A stretch of DNA of 63,964 nt, filler included, from Octopus bimaculoides (taxonomy: Eukaryota): NCBI RefSeq assembly GCF_001194135.2. It is 7 parts of 6 records of this genome, joined end to end, with 100 filler letters (N's around TTAATTAATTAA, not from the genome) between each part and the next. Parts side by side here need not be neighbours in the genome. Positions count along the whole stretch, not along the records: positions 20,954 to 27,745 come from NC_069010.1; positions 27,846 to 54,242 come from NC_068985.1; 5 more parts are not named here. One strand, given 5' to 3'. The notes below the pieces were generated by a model that did no database searches, was not told the origin of the DNA, and was given only the letters and a program-made list of their open reading frames with translations. Numbering within the stretch: position 1 is the first letter of the stretch; every line of letters starts with the position of its first letter. Shown one piece after another: positions 24,863 to 36,437 of this stretch. A program made the position numbers and the translations under genes.

Positions 24863-25571
24863 GCTGCTGNNNNNNNNNNNNNNNNNNNNNNNNNNNNNNN
24901 NNNNNNNNNNNNNNNNNNNNNNNNNNNNNNNNNNNNNNNNNNNNNNNNNNNNNNNNNNNNNNNNNNNNNNNNNNNNNNNNNNNNNNNNNNNNNNNNNNNN
25001 NNNNNNNNNNNNNNNNNNNNNNNNNNNNNNNNNNNNNNNNNNNNNNNNNNNNNNNNNNNNNNNNNNNNNNNNNNNNNNNNNNNNNNNNNNNNNNNNNNNN
25101 NNNNNNNNNNNNNNNNNNNNNNNNNNNNNNNNNNNNNNNNNNNNNNNNNNNNNNNNNNNNNNNNNNNNNNNNNNNNNNNNNNNNNNNNNNNNNNNNNNNN
25201 NNNNNNNNNNNNNNNNNNNNNNNNNNNNNNNNNNNNNNNNNNNNNNNNNNNNNNNNNNNNNNNNNNNNNNNNNNNNNNNNNNNNNNNNNNNNNNNNNNNN
25301 NNNNNNNNNNNNNNNNNNNNNNNNNNNNNNNNNNNNNNNNNNNNNNNNNNNNNNNNNNNNNNNNNNNNNNNNNNNNNNNNNNNNNNNNNNNNNNNNNNNN
25401 NNNNNNNNNNNNNNNNNNNNNNNNNNNNNNNNNNNNNNNNNNNNNNNNNNNNNNNNNNNNNNNNNNNNNNNNNNNNNNNNNNNNNNNNNNNNNNNNNNNN
25501 NNNNNNNNNNNNNNNNNNNNNNTTTTATTCAGGTGGACCCCACCCCACCACCACCACCACCCCATAGCCAT

Positions 25572-25850
25572 TTTTTTTTCTCTTTTATTGCCCACAAAGG
25601 GCCAAACATAGAGGGGACAAACAGGGACAGACAAAGGGATTAAGTCGATTACATCGACCCCAGTGCGTAACTGGTACTTAATTTATAGACCCCGAAAGGA
25701 TGAAAGGCAAAGTCGACCTCGGCACCCCATAGCCATTTGATAGGCTTTCACTCTTTTGTTGGTTTCAGTCATTAGACTGCGGCCATGCTGGAGCACCACC
25801 TTCAGTCGAACAAATCGAACCCTGGACTTATTCCTTATGAGCCTAGTACT
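25572..25850 (-). mobile_element. SINE family C 3' part (25572-25723) and SINE family A tail (25745-25850)
   Basis: Matches the reverse complements of both family cores. Confidence 0.8.
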
Positions 25851-25899
25851 TACTCTTGTGGTGCATCTTTGCTTCTTCCCCAGTTTGTTGATTGTTGCA

Positions 25900-26582
25900 A
25901 TGATCTGAAACGAAGGAACAACCTGTTTCCGTGAAATTCTGTTTTTCCGCTGGGGAAAAACAGCAGCCGAAACAGTTGTCATGCTTCAGACAGCTTACAA
26001 GGCCACTGCCATAAGCAAAGCACAAGCTTACGAGGGGGTTTCATGCTTTAGGAATGGTCACTTGTCGCTTGGAGACCAAACTTGTTCAGGACAACTGTTG
26101 ACCGCTTGAACGAATGAAAAACATCATGAAAATTCATGAACTGATCTTGGAGGATCATTGCTGAATAACGGATGAATTTGTTGATATGTTGGCATGTCAT
26201 GGAGCTTATGCCAATGAATTTTGAGCAAGGAATTGCAAATGAAAAGAGTCACAGCAAAATTTGTGCCTCATTTACTGGCAGAAGATCAAAAGCAGTCATG
26301 ACTGGATGGGTCACGAACTGAAAGAACGGTTGAAAGTTGATCTGAACCTTTTTGCCAAAGGTCATCACTGGTGCCACGAAAGCTGGTGCCACGGAATTTT
26401 CACATGTGGAAGAGGTGAAGAAAAAAAAGGACGGAGGTGTTAAAAGGCATCACTTTACAAGAGTTCCAGCATTGCTTCAAATGGAGAATTCTTTGAAGGG
26501 GATAAAAGTGTAAACATGTAAGACTAAATGAATAAAATAATAATGGAAAATTCCGGTTCCTTTTGGGTACCCCCTCCTGTAT
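25900..26582 (+). mobile_element. Internally deleted mariner element
   Basis: LGKTAAETVVMLQTAYK...SKAQ.YE, KRVTAKFVPHLL, KVITG, then a jump to HVEEVKK..EVLKGITLQEFQHCF..GEFFEGDK. The 3' TIR TTCCGGTTCCTTTTGGGTACCCCCTCCTGTA ends at about 26582. Confidence 0.85.
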
Positions 26583-26600
26583 ACATACATACATACATAT

Positions 26601-26805
26601 ATCATCATCATCATCATTTAACGTCCTCCTTCCATGCTAGCATGGGTTGGACTATTTGACTGAGGACTGGTGAACCAGAAGGCTGGACCAGGCTCCAATC
26701 TGATCTGGCAGAGTTTCTATGGCTGGATGCCCTTCCTAACGCCAACCACTCAGAGAGTGTAGTGGGTGCTTTTATGTGTCACCCGCACGAAGACCAGTCA
26801 GGCAG
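26601..26805 (-). mobile_element. RTE-type retroposon 3' UTR with (GAT)n tail
   Basis: Near copy of 23704-23917. Confidence 0.75.
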
Positions 26806-27494
26806 TATGCATATATCTATATCTCTATCTATCTATATAATAATAATAGGCTGTTGTTCGATAGTTAAGATTTTAATTAAATATTCACAAGAGGTTTACA
26901 AACACCATTTCAATCTTAAGTTGGTGCTTGAGATGTCTTTTATCATTTGTAATCAATATTAAAAAAAAAAAAGAGCAAAGTCACAAGTCCATTTATTCGT
27001 TTTACTGGCATACCATATGAATGTATATGGAGAAAGTAGTGACTGTACTGAGAGTGGTGACTGTGCTGAGAGATAGATAGATGGGAGGTTAAGAGAAGTG
27101 GAAGGGAGGAGAGAAAGTGAGAAATAGCCAGCAGTTTTTCTAACAAACAGGTAAGTATAAAAAGGGAGGGCAGAGTGGGAGAGAGGAGGAGATAGTGAAT
27201 ATCAAGGTAAAGGGGTGGAAAGGTGAACAAGAAAAGATAGAGCTGTACAACAGAGATAAGACATTAGAGATAAAGGGAGCGAGAGAATAACAGAGATAGA
27301 TAGAGAGAAATCTTTGTATGGTAAGTAAAATGTTGGGGTGACATTGCAAAAATGAAGAGACAAAGTGGAAGCGGACTCGGGATTGAAAGAACAGGAACTA
27401 TATCAACATTATTTTTAAAATCCACTTTTCCGTTCTTGAATTAGAAAGAAGTTATTGAAGCAATATTCTCTACAGCTGGATGTCTGTGTTTGTA

Positions 27495-27700
27495 ACCCCC
27501 CTCCCACCACCAACATCGCTTGGCAACCGATGCTGGTGTGTTTACGTCCCCGTCACTTAGCGGTTCAGCAAGAGGGACTGATAGAATAAGTACTAGGCTT
27601 ACAAAAGAATAAGACCTGGGGTCGATTTGCTCGACTAAAAGGCGGTGCTCCAGCATGGCCACAGTCAAATGACTGAAACAAGTAAAAGAGTAAAAAAAGA
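27495..27700 (+). mobile_element. SINE family A tail
   Basis: CATCGCTTGGCAACCGATGCTGGTGTGTTTACGTCCCCGT...GACTGAAACAAGTAAAAGAGT. Confidence 0.85.
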
Positions 27701-27873
27701 TATATATATATATAAAAATCAGAATGTGTGTCTGTCTGTCTGTCTNNNNNNNNNNNNNNNNNNNNNNNNNNNNNNNNNNNNNNNNNNNNTTAATTAATTA
27801 ANNNNNNNNNNNNNNNNNNNNNNNNNNNNNNNNNNNNNNNNNNNNTATATATATATACATTATATAATAATAT

Positions 27874-27907
<34 letters not shown>

Positions 27908-28459
27908 ACTCTGTGTTTGAGCGCATGCGTACGAAAAAGTATCTCTGATTCTCTATTTTCTTGCTGACTATTGATGCGCATCATAATCTAGAAATGATCC
28001 AATTCAGTATACCACAGTGTTGCAGATTTAATTATTCGGTTGAAAGGTGAGGCTAACTAAAATATTCAGAAACCTCTTATTTCCAATTCCCTGAGGATGA
28101 CATTAAAACAAAGAAAAAAAACGAAACGAAAGGCATAAGTATTCGGTCGTTAGATAAAAACGAATGATTTCATTTGCACTTTCTGTTAGGCACATAAACT
28201 ATGATACAACATGATTTAAACGTCACTAATGTGCGTATGTTTGCTTGTGCGTACACGTAACGATGTGTGCGTGGTTGTGTATTCGTGTGAAAACAGAATT
28301 GTAACCGTTTCTCCGTCTTTAAATATTTTCGATTTGTCTACACACGAATCTATATACACACAAACGCAGAGATAAATACTCACATCTGCACACATTTACA
28401 TAGACACAGAAACAAAACACAACACCTTTTGTGCCTTCACAATTTAATATCTCTATCTA

Positions 28460-28666
28460 TATGCGTGTATGTATGTGTATACATTTCATATACACACACA
28501 TATATAAACATATATACATATACAAATATATATACATATATATGTGTGCGTGCGTGTTCGTGTCTATGCGTATACATATATAATATGCGTATAATTTTAC
28601 GTTTCTAAATACATATACAATTCTCAATATCTGTTTATCTCTCTCTCTCTCTCTCTCTCTCTCTAG

Positions 28667-28738
<72 letters not shown>

Positions 28739-28875
28739 ATGTATGTATGTATATATGTATTTGTACATCTATTTATTATCTATTTATCTATCTACCTATC
28801 TATTTCTCTCTCTCTATATATATATATACATATAGTGGGAAAGATATATACCTGTATATATATATATATATATAT

Positions 28876-28926
<51 letters not shown>

Positions 28927-29207
28927 CATAGAAGTATATATATATATATATATATATATATNNNNNNNNNNNNNNNNNNNNNNNNNNNNNNNNNNNNNNN
29001 NNNNNNNNNNNNNNNNNNNNNNNNNNNNNNNNNNNNNNNNNNNNNNNNNNNNNNNNNNNNNNNNNNNNNNNNNNNNNNNNNNNNNNNNNNNNNNNNNNNN
29101 NNNNNNNNNNNNNNNNNNNNNNNNNNNNNNNNNNNNNNNNNNNNNNNNNNNNNNNNNNNNNNNNNNNNNNNNNNNNNNNNNNNNNNNNNNNNNNNNNNNN
29201 NNNNNNN

Positions 29208-29254
<47 letters not shown>

Positions 29255-29345
29255 CATAGAAGTATATATATATATATATATATATATATTTACGTATATA
29301 AATATGCATTGACACACACATACACAAAAATAAATATAAGTACAT
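28460..29345. repeat. Compound microsatellite field (TA, CT, TG, GATA) around a gap
   Basis: Directly visible. Confidence 0.9.
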
Positions 29346-29346
29346 G

Positions 29347-29630
29347 TGAAGGCGCGTGGCTAGATGGCTAGGGGTATTGATGATTGTAAGGTCTCGAGTT
29401 CGATTCCCGGCCGTGCATTATATCTTTGAGCAAGACACTTTATTTCACATTGCTCCAGTCCACCTGTAATTCAAAGGGGTCGGTCATGTCACAGTGCGTC
29501 ACGCTGAATCTCCTGGTGCACTATGTTACCGGTACGCTGAGCCTGTGGTATACTCAGGCATTTGCACCATAATTTCACTAAGCTAATCGGATCAACTGGA
29601 ACACTACTCGTATTAACCAGCCGAGGGTCA
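29347..29630 (+). mobile_element. SINE with an alternative tRNA-like head and the family B tail
   Basis: GAAGGCGCGTGGCT...GAGTTCGATTCCCGG...TTGAGCAAGACACTTTATTTCAC head, then the CCTGTAATTCAAAGGG...GTCACGCTGAATCTCC tail shared with family B. Related copies at 40770-41070 (-) and 50385-50705 (-). Confidence 0.75.
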
Positions 29631-29650
29631 GTAATATATATATGTTCTAG

Positions 29651-29732
29651 TTCGAATTTCTCATGAAGATGAAGAATACTATTTACGCAATTCTTTCGTC
29701 GGTATTCGCTGGAATCGGAAGCGGAAACGGCC
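29651..29732 (+). CDS. Candidate signal-peptide exon (MKMKNTIYAILSSVFAGIGSGNG, ATG at 29663), possibly the first coding exon of the C-type lectin gene
   Basis: ttctag| acceptor and GCC|gtaaga donor; ends in phase 1, matching the 55697 exon. The acceptor is weak and another frame is also open. Confidence 0.3.
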
Positions 29733-29854
29733 GTAAGAATTGTTATGTCATATTTTGTAATGAATAATAAGCTACAGATGTGATCCAATTGATTTGTTAA
29801 TTTATCTGAACTTTTCTCCATTTTCTACATATATATATATATAGTCCTTTAATC

Positions 29855-30060
29855 TTTTATTCTTCTGTTTGTTTCAGTCATTTGATTCCGGCCATGCTGG
29901 AGCACCGCCTGTAGTCGAAAAAAAATCGACCCAGGACCTATTCTTTGTAAGCCTAGTGCTTATTCTATTGGCCCCTTTTGCCGAACCGCTAAGTTACGGG
30001 GACGTAAACACACAAGCATCAGTTGTCAAACGATGTGGGGGAGCGACAAACACAGACACA
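29855..30060 (-). mobile_element. SINE family A tail followed by CA/TG/GACA/GATA microsatellites
   Basis: Reverse complement of the family A tail. Confidence 0.85.
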
Positions 30061-30228
30061 CAAACATACACACACACACATACACATACACACACACATA
30101 TATATATACATGTCTGCGTGTGTGTATGTGTGTGTGTATGTGTGTGTATAAATATATATATGTATATATATAGAGAGAGAGACAGACAGACAGACAGAGA
30201 CAGAGACAGATAGATAGATGGATGGATG

Positions 30229-30295
<67 letters not shown>

Positions 30296-30615
30296 GATGG
30301 ATGGATAGAGAANNNNNNNNNNNNNNNNNNNNNNNNNNNNNNNNNNNNNNNNNNNNNNNNNNNNNNNNNNNNNNNNNNNNNNNNNNNNNNNNNNNNNNNN
30401 NNNNNNNNNNNNNNNNNNNNNNNNNNNNNNNNNNNNNNNNNNNNNNNNNNNNNNNNNNNNNNNNNNNNNNNNNNNNNNNNNNNNNNNNNNNNNNNNNNNN
30501 NNNNNNNNNNNNNNNNNNNNNNNNNNNNNNNNNNNNNNNNNNNNNNNNNNNNNNNNNNNNNNNNNNNNNNNNNNAGACAGACAGAGACAGAGACAGATAG
30601 ATAGATGGATGGATG

Positions 30616-30682
<67 letters not shown>

Positions 30683-31209
30683 GATGGATGGATAGAGAAT
30701 CAGACATACAGACAGACAGATAGATAGATTAAACTTCTCTTTTCGTGTATGTTATATATTATCACACATATTCATTTAGTTTCACAATGCTATGCTGTTT
30801 ATGCGAACAAATACTAAATTGATGGTAGTTCATTTGGTATTATAATTAATTAAATAATTAACTAAATAATCGCTTAATTAACTTGTCAACTGTGACTTTC
30901 TCAATACAAAGAGCCGTAGTTGTTTTCTGATTGATTTACAGGAATCAATAAATCGATTAATTCACTGATTCTCATAGAAAATGAGTTACGAATAATGCCA
31001 GTAATGTTCTTGGCAGAATAAGGAATCAAGCAGTACAGATGTATGAACACACACACACACACACACACACACACNNNNNNNNNNATATATATATATATAT
31101 AAATATATATGTATATAAATACGCATAGAGGAAGGAATGGCCACTAAGTCGACATCCGATATGCGAGAAAAAGATCACCTACGATCTAGCATATCGGATG
31201 TCCACTTAG

Positions 31210-31545
31210 GTATTGTTTCTTTGTCTCCGACGGGTTTCATTATAGAATATCCTAGTTACAGCATCATGTCTCATCAGTAGACATTTTCGGGCAACGGCTT
31301 ATAATGTGGGTGATATCGTCAGTGTGAACTCCACAAAGTCTGCATCGGTTGTCACATTTTACTGCTTTTCCCGCATCTCTGCCCGTTTTGTGCATCAGGT
31401 ATTTTGTTAATATTTCCTGTTCCTGGATTGCAAACGCACACTCTTCAACGTGGGAGGTAGTAATCTGCTTGTTGGTTCATGCTAGACTAATTTGATGATC
31501 AATGTTACTATCATCTCGGAGCTTTCTACTAACATATCCATGCAC
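31210..31545 (-). mobile_element. R4/Dong-clade (restriction-like endonuclease) LINE fragment, CCHC zinc-knuckle region
   Basis: VHGYVSRK...SHVEECAFAIQEQEILTKYLMHK...CDNRCRLCGVHTDDITHIISRCPKMS...MRHDAV matches AIQDQ...CR.C....ET..HIIS.CP...RHD of R4/Dong ORFs. Confidence 0.8.
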
Positions 31546-32819
31546 AGTCTATGTATGTGTCTATGCTTGTACGTATGTGTGTGTATGTATATATTTATGT
31601 ATGTATGTATGTATATATTTATGTATGTATGTATGTATGTATGTATGTATGTATGTGTGTATGTATGTGTGCATGTATGTATGTGTGTAAATTTCTATGT
31701 AAGCATACATAACATATTGTGTCTTAGGAGTGTCATTCTGCAAATGATGATAAACACGTAATTATTATTATTCGTGTAATGCCCCCCACCGCACACACAC
31801 ACACCAAAGACAACGAAATCCGTTTCAACATGAATTCACATCAGGAAACTTACGAACCAAAGACAAAAACGAAATATGTATACATACATGTATATGTGTA
31901 GGCATGATTATATGAACGTATTAGTAGACGTATATATAAATGAATATATGTACGTGTATATGTGTGTGTGTGTGTCTGTGTCTGTGTGCAAGTGTGTATA
32001 TGTATATGTCTATCTACGTGTGTCTCTACGTACGTATGCTTGTATGTATAAATGTGCATATATAAATAAGTATATTTGTATATGTATATGTTTATAAGGA
32101 GGTACGTATTGTTGGTCTGGGATTGCAACTCTGTTGCTATTACTTGTATTTCCGTTACGATTTCCGGATCGTTAGCAACGGAGAATCTGCCCGGATTGGC
32201 ATTCCACACAACCGACACTTCAGATAATTCCCTACCTTTTTTCTTATACTCCCGTCATATACACGAATATGTGCTTATGCACATACATACATATGTAGAA
32301 ATCTGTTTGTATGTATATATATGTGTGTGCGTCTCTATCTATCTCGCTTTTTCTCTGCATATGTATATANNNNNNNNNNNNNNNNNNNNNNNNNNNNNNN
32401 NNNNNNNNNNNNNNNNNNNNNNNNNNNNNNNNNNNNNNNNNNNNNNNNNNNNNNNNNNNNNNNNNNNNNNNNNNNNNNNNNNNNNNNNNNNNNNNNNNNN
32501 NNNNNNNNNNNNNNNNNNNNNNNNNNNNNNNNNNNNNNNNNNNNNNNNNNNNNNNNNNNNNNNNNNNNNNNNNNNNNNNNNNNNNNNNNNNNNNNNNNNN
32601 NNNNNNNNNNNNNNNNNNNNNNNNNNNNNNNNNNNNNNNNNNNNNNNNNNNNNNNNNNNNNNNNNNNNNNNNNNNNNNNNNNNNNNNNNNNNNNNNNNNN
32701 NNNNNNNNNNNNNNNNNNNNNNNNNNNNNNNNNNNNNNNNNNNNNNNNNNNNNNNNNNNNNNNNNNNNNNNNNNNNNNNNNNNNNNNNNNNNNNNNNNNN
32801 NNNNNNNNNNNNNNNNNNN

Positions 32820-32903
<84 letters not shown>

Positions 32904-32904
32904 G

Positions 32905-33480
32905 GGTGAATGCATACATAGTTCCATATGTAAATATATGTACGTTTGTATGTATATACACACGCATGTGTTCATGTATGAATATATGTATGTATGCATG
33001 CACTCAAGTATGTATGTATGTATGTTTGTATCTATGTATGTACGTATGTATGCATGCATTATGCATGTGTGTATGTATGCATACATGTATGCATACATAC
33101 ATGTATGCATGCACTCATGCATGCATATATGTATGTATGTATATACGTATGTATGCATGCATGTATGTATGTGTGTATGTGTGCCTACATGCATGTATGT
33201 ATGCATACATGTATGAATGCATGTATGTATGTATGCACTCATGTATGCATGCATGTATGTTTGTATCTATGTATGTACGTATGTATGCATGCATGTATAT
33301 ATATGAATGTATGCCTGTATGTATGCTTCTACGTATGTATACATGGATGCATGCATGTATGTATGTATGCATGCATGTATGAATATATGTATGTATATAT
33401 TTTTGCATGCATACATGAATGAATGTATGTATGTATGTACGTATGTATGCATGCATATATGTATGTATGTATGTATTTAT
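32905..33480. repeat. Degenerate (TATG/CATG)n alternating purine-pyrimidine tract with an internal ~65-bp direct repeat (32993 and 33231)
   Basis: Directly visible. Confidence 0.85.
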
Positions 33481-33959
33481 GCGTATACGTAGTTGCAGTC
33501 TCATATTCGCTCTATTAAACGCTGTTCGTATATTGCGAGTGGATGCGAGCGAGTGTGTGTGTATATGTCTGTCTTCTGTCTTTTTGTGTGAAGATATTTG
33601 TGTAGGCTTTTGTATGTGTGAATACACACACACACACACACACACACACAATGGTATGCAGTAATAGAAAAGAGAATAAATGGTATAGAATTTAATTGGT
33701 ATCGATCTTATTATAAATAAGCTCAATAAAGCGTTGAACATTCTTGTCGATGTTGCCAGAAGCCAGAGGTTTTGCGTTATAGAACGCTAAAATAACTGTG
33801 TTCTTCGAGAAACAACAGATTTACTGAATCTCTTTGTGAAAGACAATGCTTTCTTTCTCTTTTCACACAACAACACCTAAATTACTCGGAATCAAAAAAT
33901 GGGATTCTTCTATCTGATATAGCTCTCTTTATATTGTTTTCCTGTTTCCAGTTGTCTCC

Positions 33960-34021
33960 TATTATTTCTTCTTCTTCTCCTTTTTCTTCTTCTCCTTCTT
34001 CTTCTTCTCCTTCTTCTTCTT

Positions 34022-34098
<77 letters not shown>

Positions 34099-34328
34099 CC
34101 TCCTCTTCCTTCTTCTTCTCTTTCTTTTTCTTCGTTTTTCTTCCCTCTTCTTCTCCTTCTTTTTCTTCTTCTTCTTCTTCTTCTTCCTCTTCCCTTTCTT
34201 CTTCTTCTTTCTTTCTTCCTTTCCCTCTCCCTCCCCCCTCTCTCTCCAGCTTCTTTCTTTTGCGTCTCTTTTTCCATCGACTCTGTCACGTTTTTTCTTC
34301 TTTTCATTATTATTATTTTTTTATCATT

Positions 34329-34366
<38 letters not shown>

Positions 34367-34460
34367 CATCATCATCATCGTCCTCCTCCTCCTCCGCCTC
34401 CTCATCCTCATCATCATCGTCGTCGTCGTCGTCGTCGTCGTTGTTGTTGTTGTTTTTGTT
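33960..34460. repeat. Compound trinucleotide microsatellite (TTC)n(TAT)n...(ATC)n(TCC)n(TCG)n(TTG)n
   Basis: Directly visible; source of the spurious poly-S/D/Y ORFs. Confidence 0.95.
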
Positions 34461-34477
34461 GTTACCTAATATAATGC

Positions 34478-34698
34478 TGTGAGCTGGCAGAGTAGTTAGT
34501 AGGCTGGACAAAATGCTTACCGGCATTTCGTCTGTCTTTATGTTCTGACTTCAAATTCCGCCGAGGTCAACTTTACCTTTCATCGTTTTGGGATCGTTAA
34601 AATAAGTACCAGTTGAATATTGAGGGTCCAGATCTATGTATTTGACTTTCCTCACCCCCTAAATTGCTGGCCTTGTGCCCAAATTTGAAACCATTATT
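34478..34698 (+). mobile_element. SINE family C
   Basis: GTGAGCTGGCAGA...AAATGCTTACCGGCATTTCGTC...AAATTGCTGGCCTTGTGCCCAAATTTGAAACC. Confidence 0.85.
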
Positions 34699-34824
34699 AC
34701 CAAGGTGTATTAAAGATTTAGATGTCAATACAGTGTCTTACGTTTGTGCTAGCAGTGCGAGATGATCACGTGATTAAGAGATTTACAAAAGAATTTCGAG
34801 CCTGCACTGAAAGCGACATGTTTT

Positions 34825-35015
34825 AGAATAAGAATATCTCTACATTATTTACAGTTCCATATTTAAGAGATGAGGAATTATGTACATTATTTACATTGTT
34901 TACAATTGATGGATATTTCCCCTCATCTTGTTTGTTGTTAACACGTTTTGGCTGATATACCCTCCAGCCTTCATGAGGTGTCTTAGGTTTCTCATTCCTA
35001 AGGTATCTTTCGATG
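34825..35015 (-). mobile_element. Penelope-type pseudo-LTR fragment with a mutated hammerhead motif
   Basis: Minus strand GACAC-CTCATGA-A-GGCTG-GAGGGTATAT-CAGCC-AAAA-CGTGTT: perfect 5-bp stem II, with the core altered at G5 and G12. Confidence 0.5.
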
Positions 35016-35021
35016 TTGTTG

Positions 35022-35079
<58 letters not shown>

Positions 35080-35096
35080 ACCGTTGGAAAGCTCAC

Positions 35097-35405
35097 GGGC
35101 ATGTGGCATAGTGGTTAAGAGCGCGGGCTACTAACTCCAAGATTCCGAGTTCGATTTCAGGCAGAGACCTGAATAATAATAAGAAGAAGAAGAAGAAAAA
35201 GAAGAAGAAGAAGAAGAAAGTTGTCCCCTCAACATCGCTTGACAACCGATGCTGGTGTGTTTACGTCCCCGTAATATAGCGGTTCGGGAAAAGAGACCGA
35301 TAGAATAAGTACTAGGCTTACAAAGAATAAGTCCTGGGGTCGATTTGTTCGACTAAAGGCAGTGCTCCCACATGGCCGCAGTCAAATGACTGAAACAAAT
35401 AAAAT
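35097..35405 (+). mobile_element. SINE with a third tRNA-like head, an (AAT/AAG)n spacer and the family A tail
   Basis: Head TGGCATAGTGGTTAAGAGCGCGGGCTACTAAC...GAGTTCGATTT at 35097-35172; family A tail at 35222-35405. Confidence 0.8.
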
Positions 35406-36134
35406 AATGGAAGAATGTCCATCTTCGTGTTTGAAATTCTAGAGACATTCCATAGACATAACGTCTGCTAATCCAGAAATAAGACACCGTATTGACTTTT
35501 AAACATTTAGTATATAGTCGGTAGTACATTATGGTGGCAAAACGGCCAACAATTTACGCATAGATACGCCGAGGGATAAATGAGTGTGCCTTTGTGTGAG
35601 GGAGCGTGTTTCTATGAAATAATATTGTCGAGCATTTTATCGAAATTTTCTATGCAGTCAATTAACCATTTTGGCCTTATTGTTCGATTGCTGATCGTTA
35701 AACCACTGATGTTCTGGGATCTCCAATTTCTACGTGTGCCTGTGTGTGTGTGTGTGTGTGTGTACGCCCGTGTGTGTGCGTTTAAGCTAAGTAATAGAAT
35801 AATAGCATATTCGATAAGCGAATCGTAGCAATAAAATATCGATAAAGGAGTCGAAGTGATCGTGACTGGAGTCCAATTCGATTTGTAAAAATTTGATATA
35901 CAAAATGAACAGCATAGATTTTACTCCCTTTTGGCCATCACTGTTGCAACAACGTTATAATCCATCATCGAAATTTGTTTTGAAAACATCATCAGCAAAA
36001 CGAAGGGGTTTTTTTACCATTTCAAACACTTCTAAAATACAAAGTATTTTGTCTCTCAGCCAAAAGGAAGCTACATTAATAAAAAGGTTCGTATGTATAT
36101 TTTTTCACATTTACACACACACACACAAGAACAC

Positions 36135-36222
36135 AACGCAACGCCCGGTCTGGAATCGAACCCGCGATCTCGCAGTCATGAGCGCAACACCCCAACCAGT
36201 AAGCCATGCATTATAAATATAA

Positions 36223-36256
<34 letters not shown>

Positions 36257-36437
36257 CTGTGTTTGCCCCCCACCATCGCTTGACAACCGATGTTGGTGTG
36301 TTTACGTCCCCGTAATTTAGCAGTTAGGCAAAAGAGACCGATAGAATAAGTACTAGGCTTGCAAAGAATAAGTCCTAGGGTCGATTTGTTCGACTAAAGA
36401 TGGTGCAAACAAGTAAAAGAATAAAAGAATAAAAGAA
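36135..36437. mobile_element. Back-to-back tRNA-like head (-, 36135-36208) and family A tail (+, 36250-36437)
   Basis: Minus GCATGGCTTACTGG...GGGTTCGATTCCAGACCGG head; plus-strand tail core. Confidence 0.75.

Noticed and set aside
28838-30697. Exact direct repeats flanking gaps (28838-28961 versus 29208-29290; 30185-30312 versus 30575-30697)
   Set aside because: Identical SSR-rich contig ends on both sides of a gap are most likely unmerged overlaps.
34095-34526. Acidic/basic poly-D/E/R ORF and the poly-His ORF at 39783-40001
   Set aside because: Translations of trinucleotide microsatellites and a LINE tail; no splice or start context.
35410-35450. Minus-strand NFKHEDGHS resembling b5 FEDVGHS
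   Set aside because: It lies upstream of the HPGG exon (wrong order), lacks a residue and has no splice sites.
35097-36208. tRNA-like sequences as functional tRNA genes
   Set aside because: They have A/B boxes but no paired acceptor stem or terminator, and are attached to SINE bodies.
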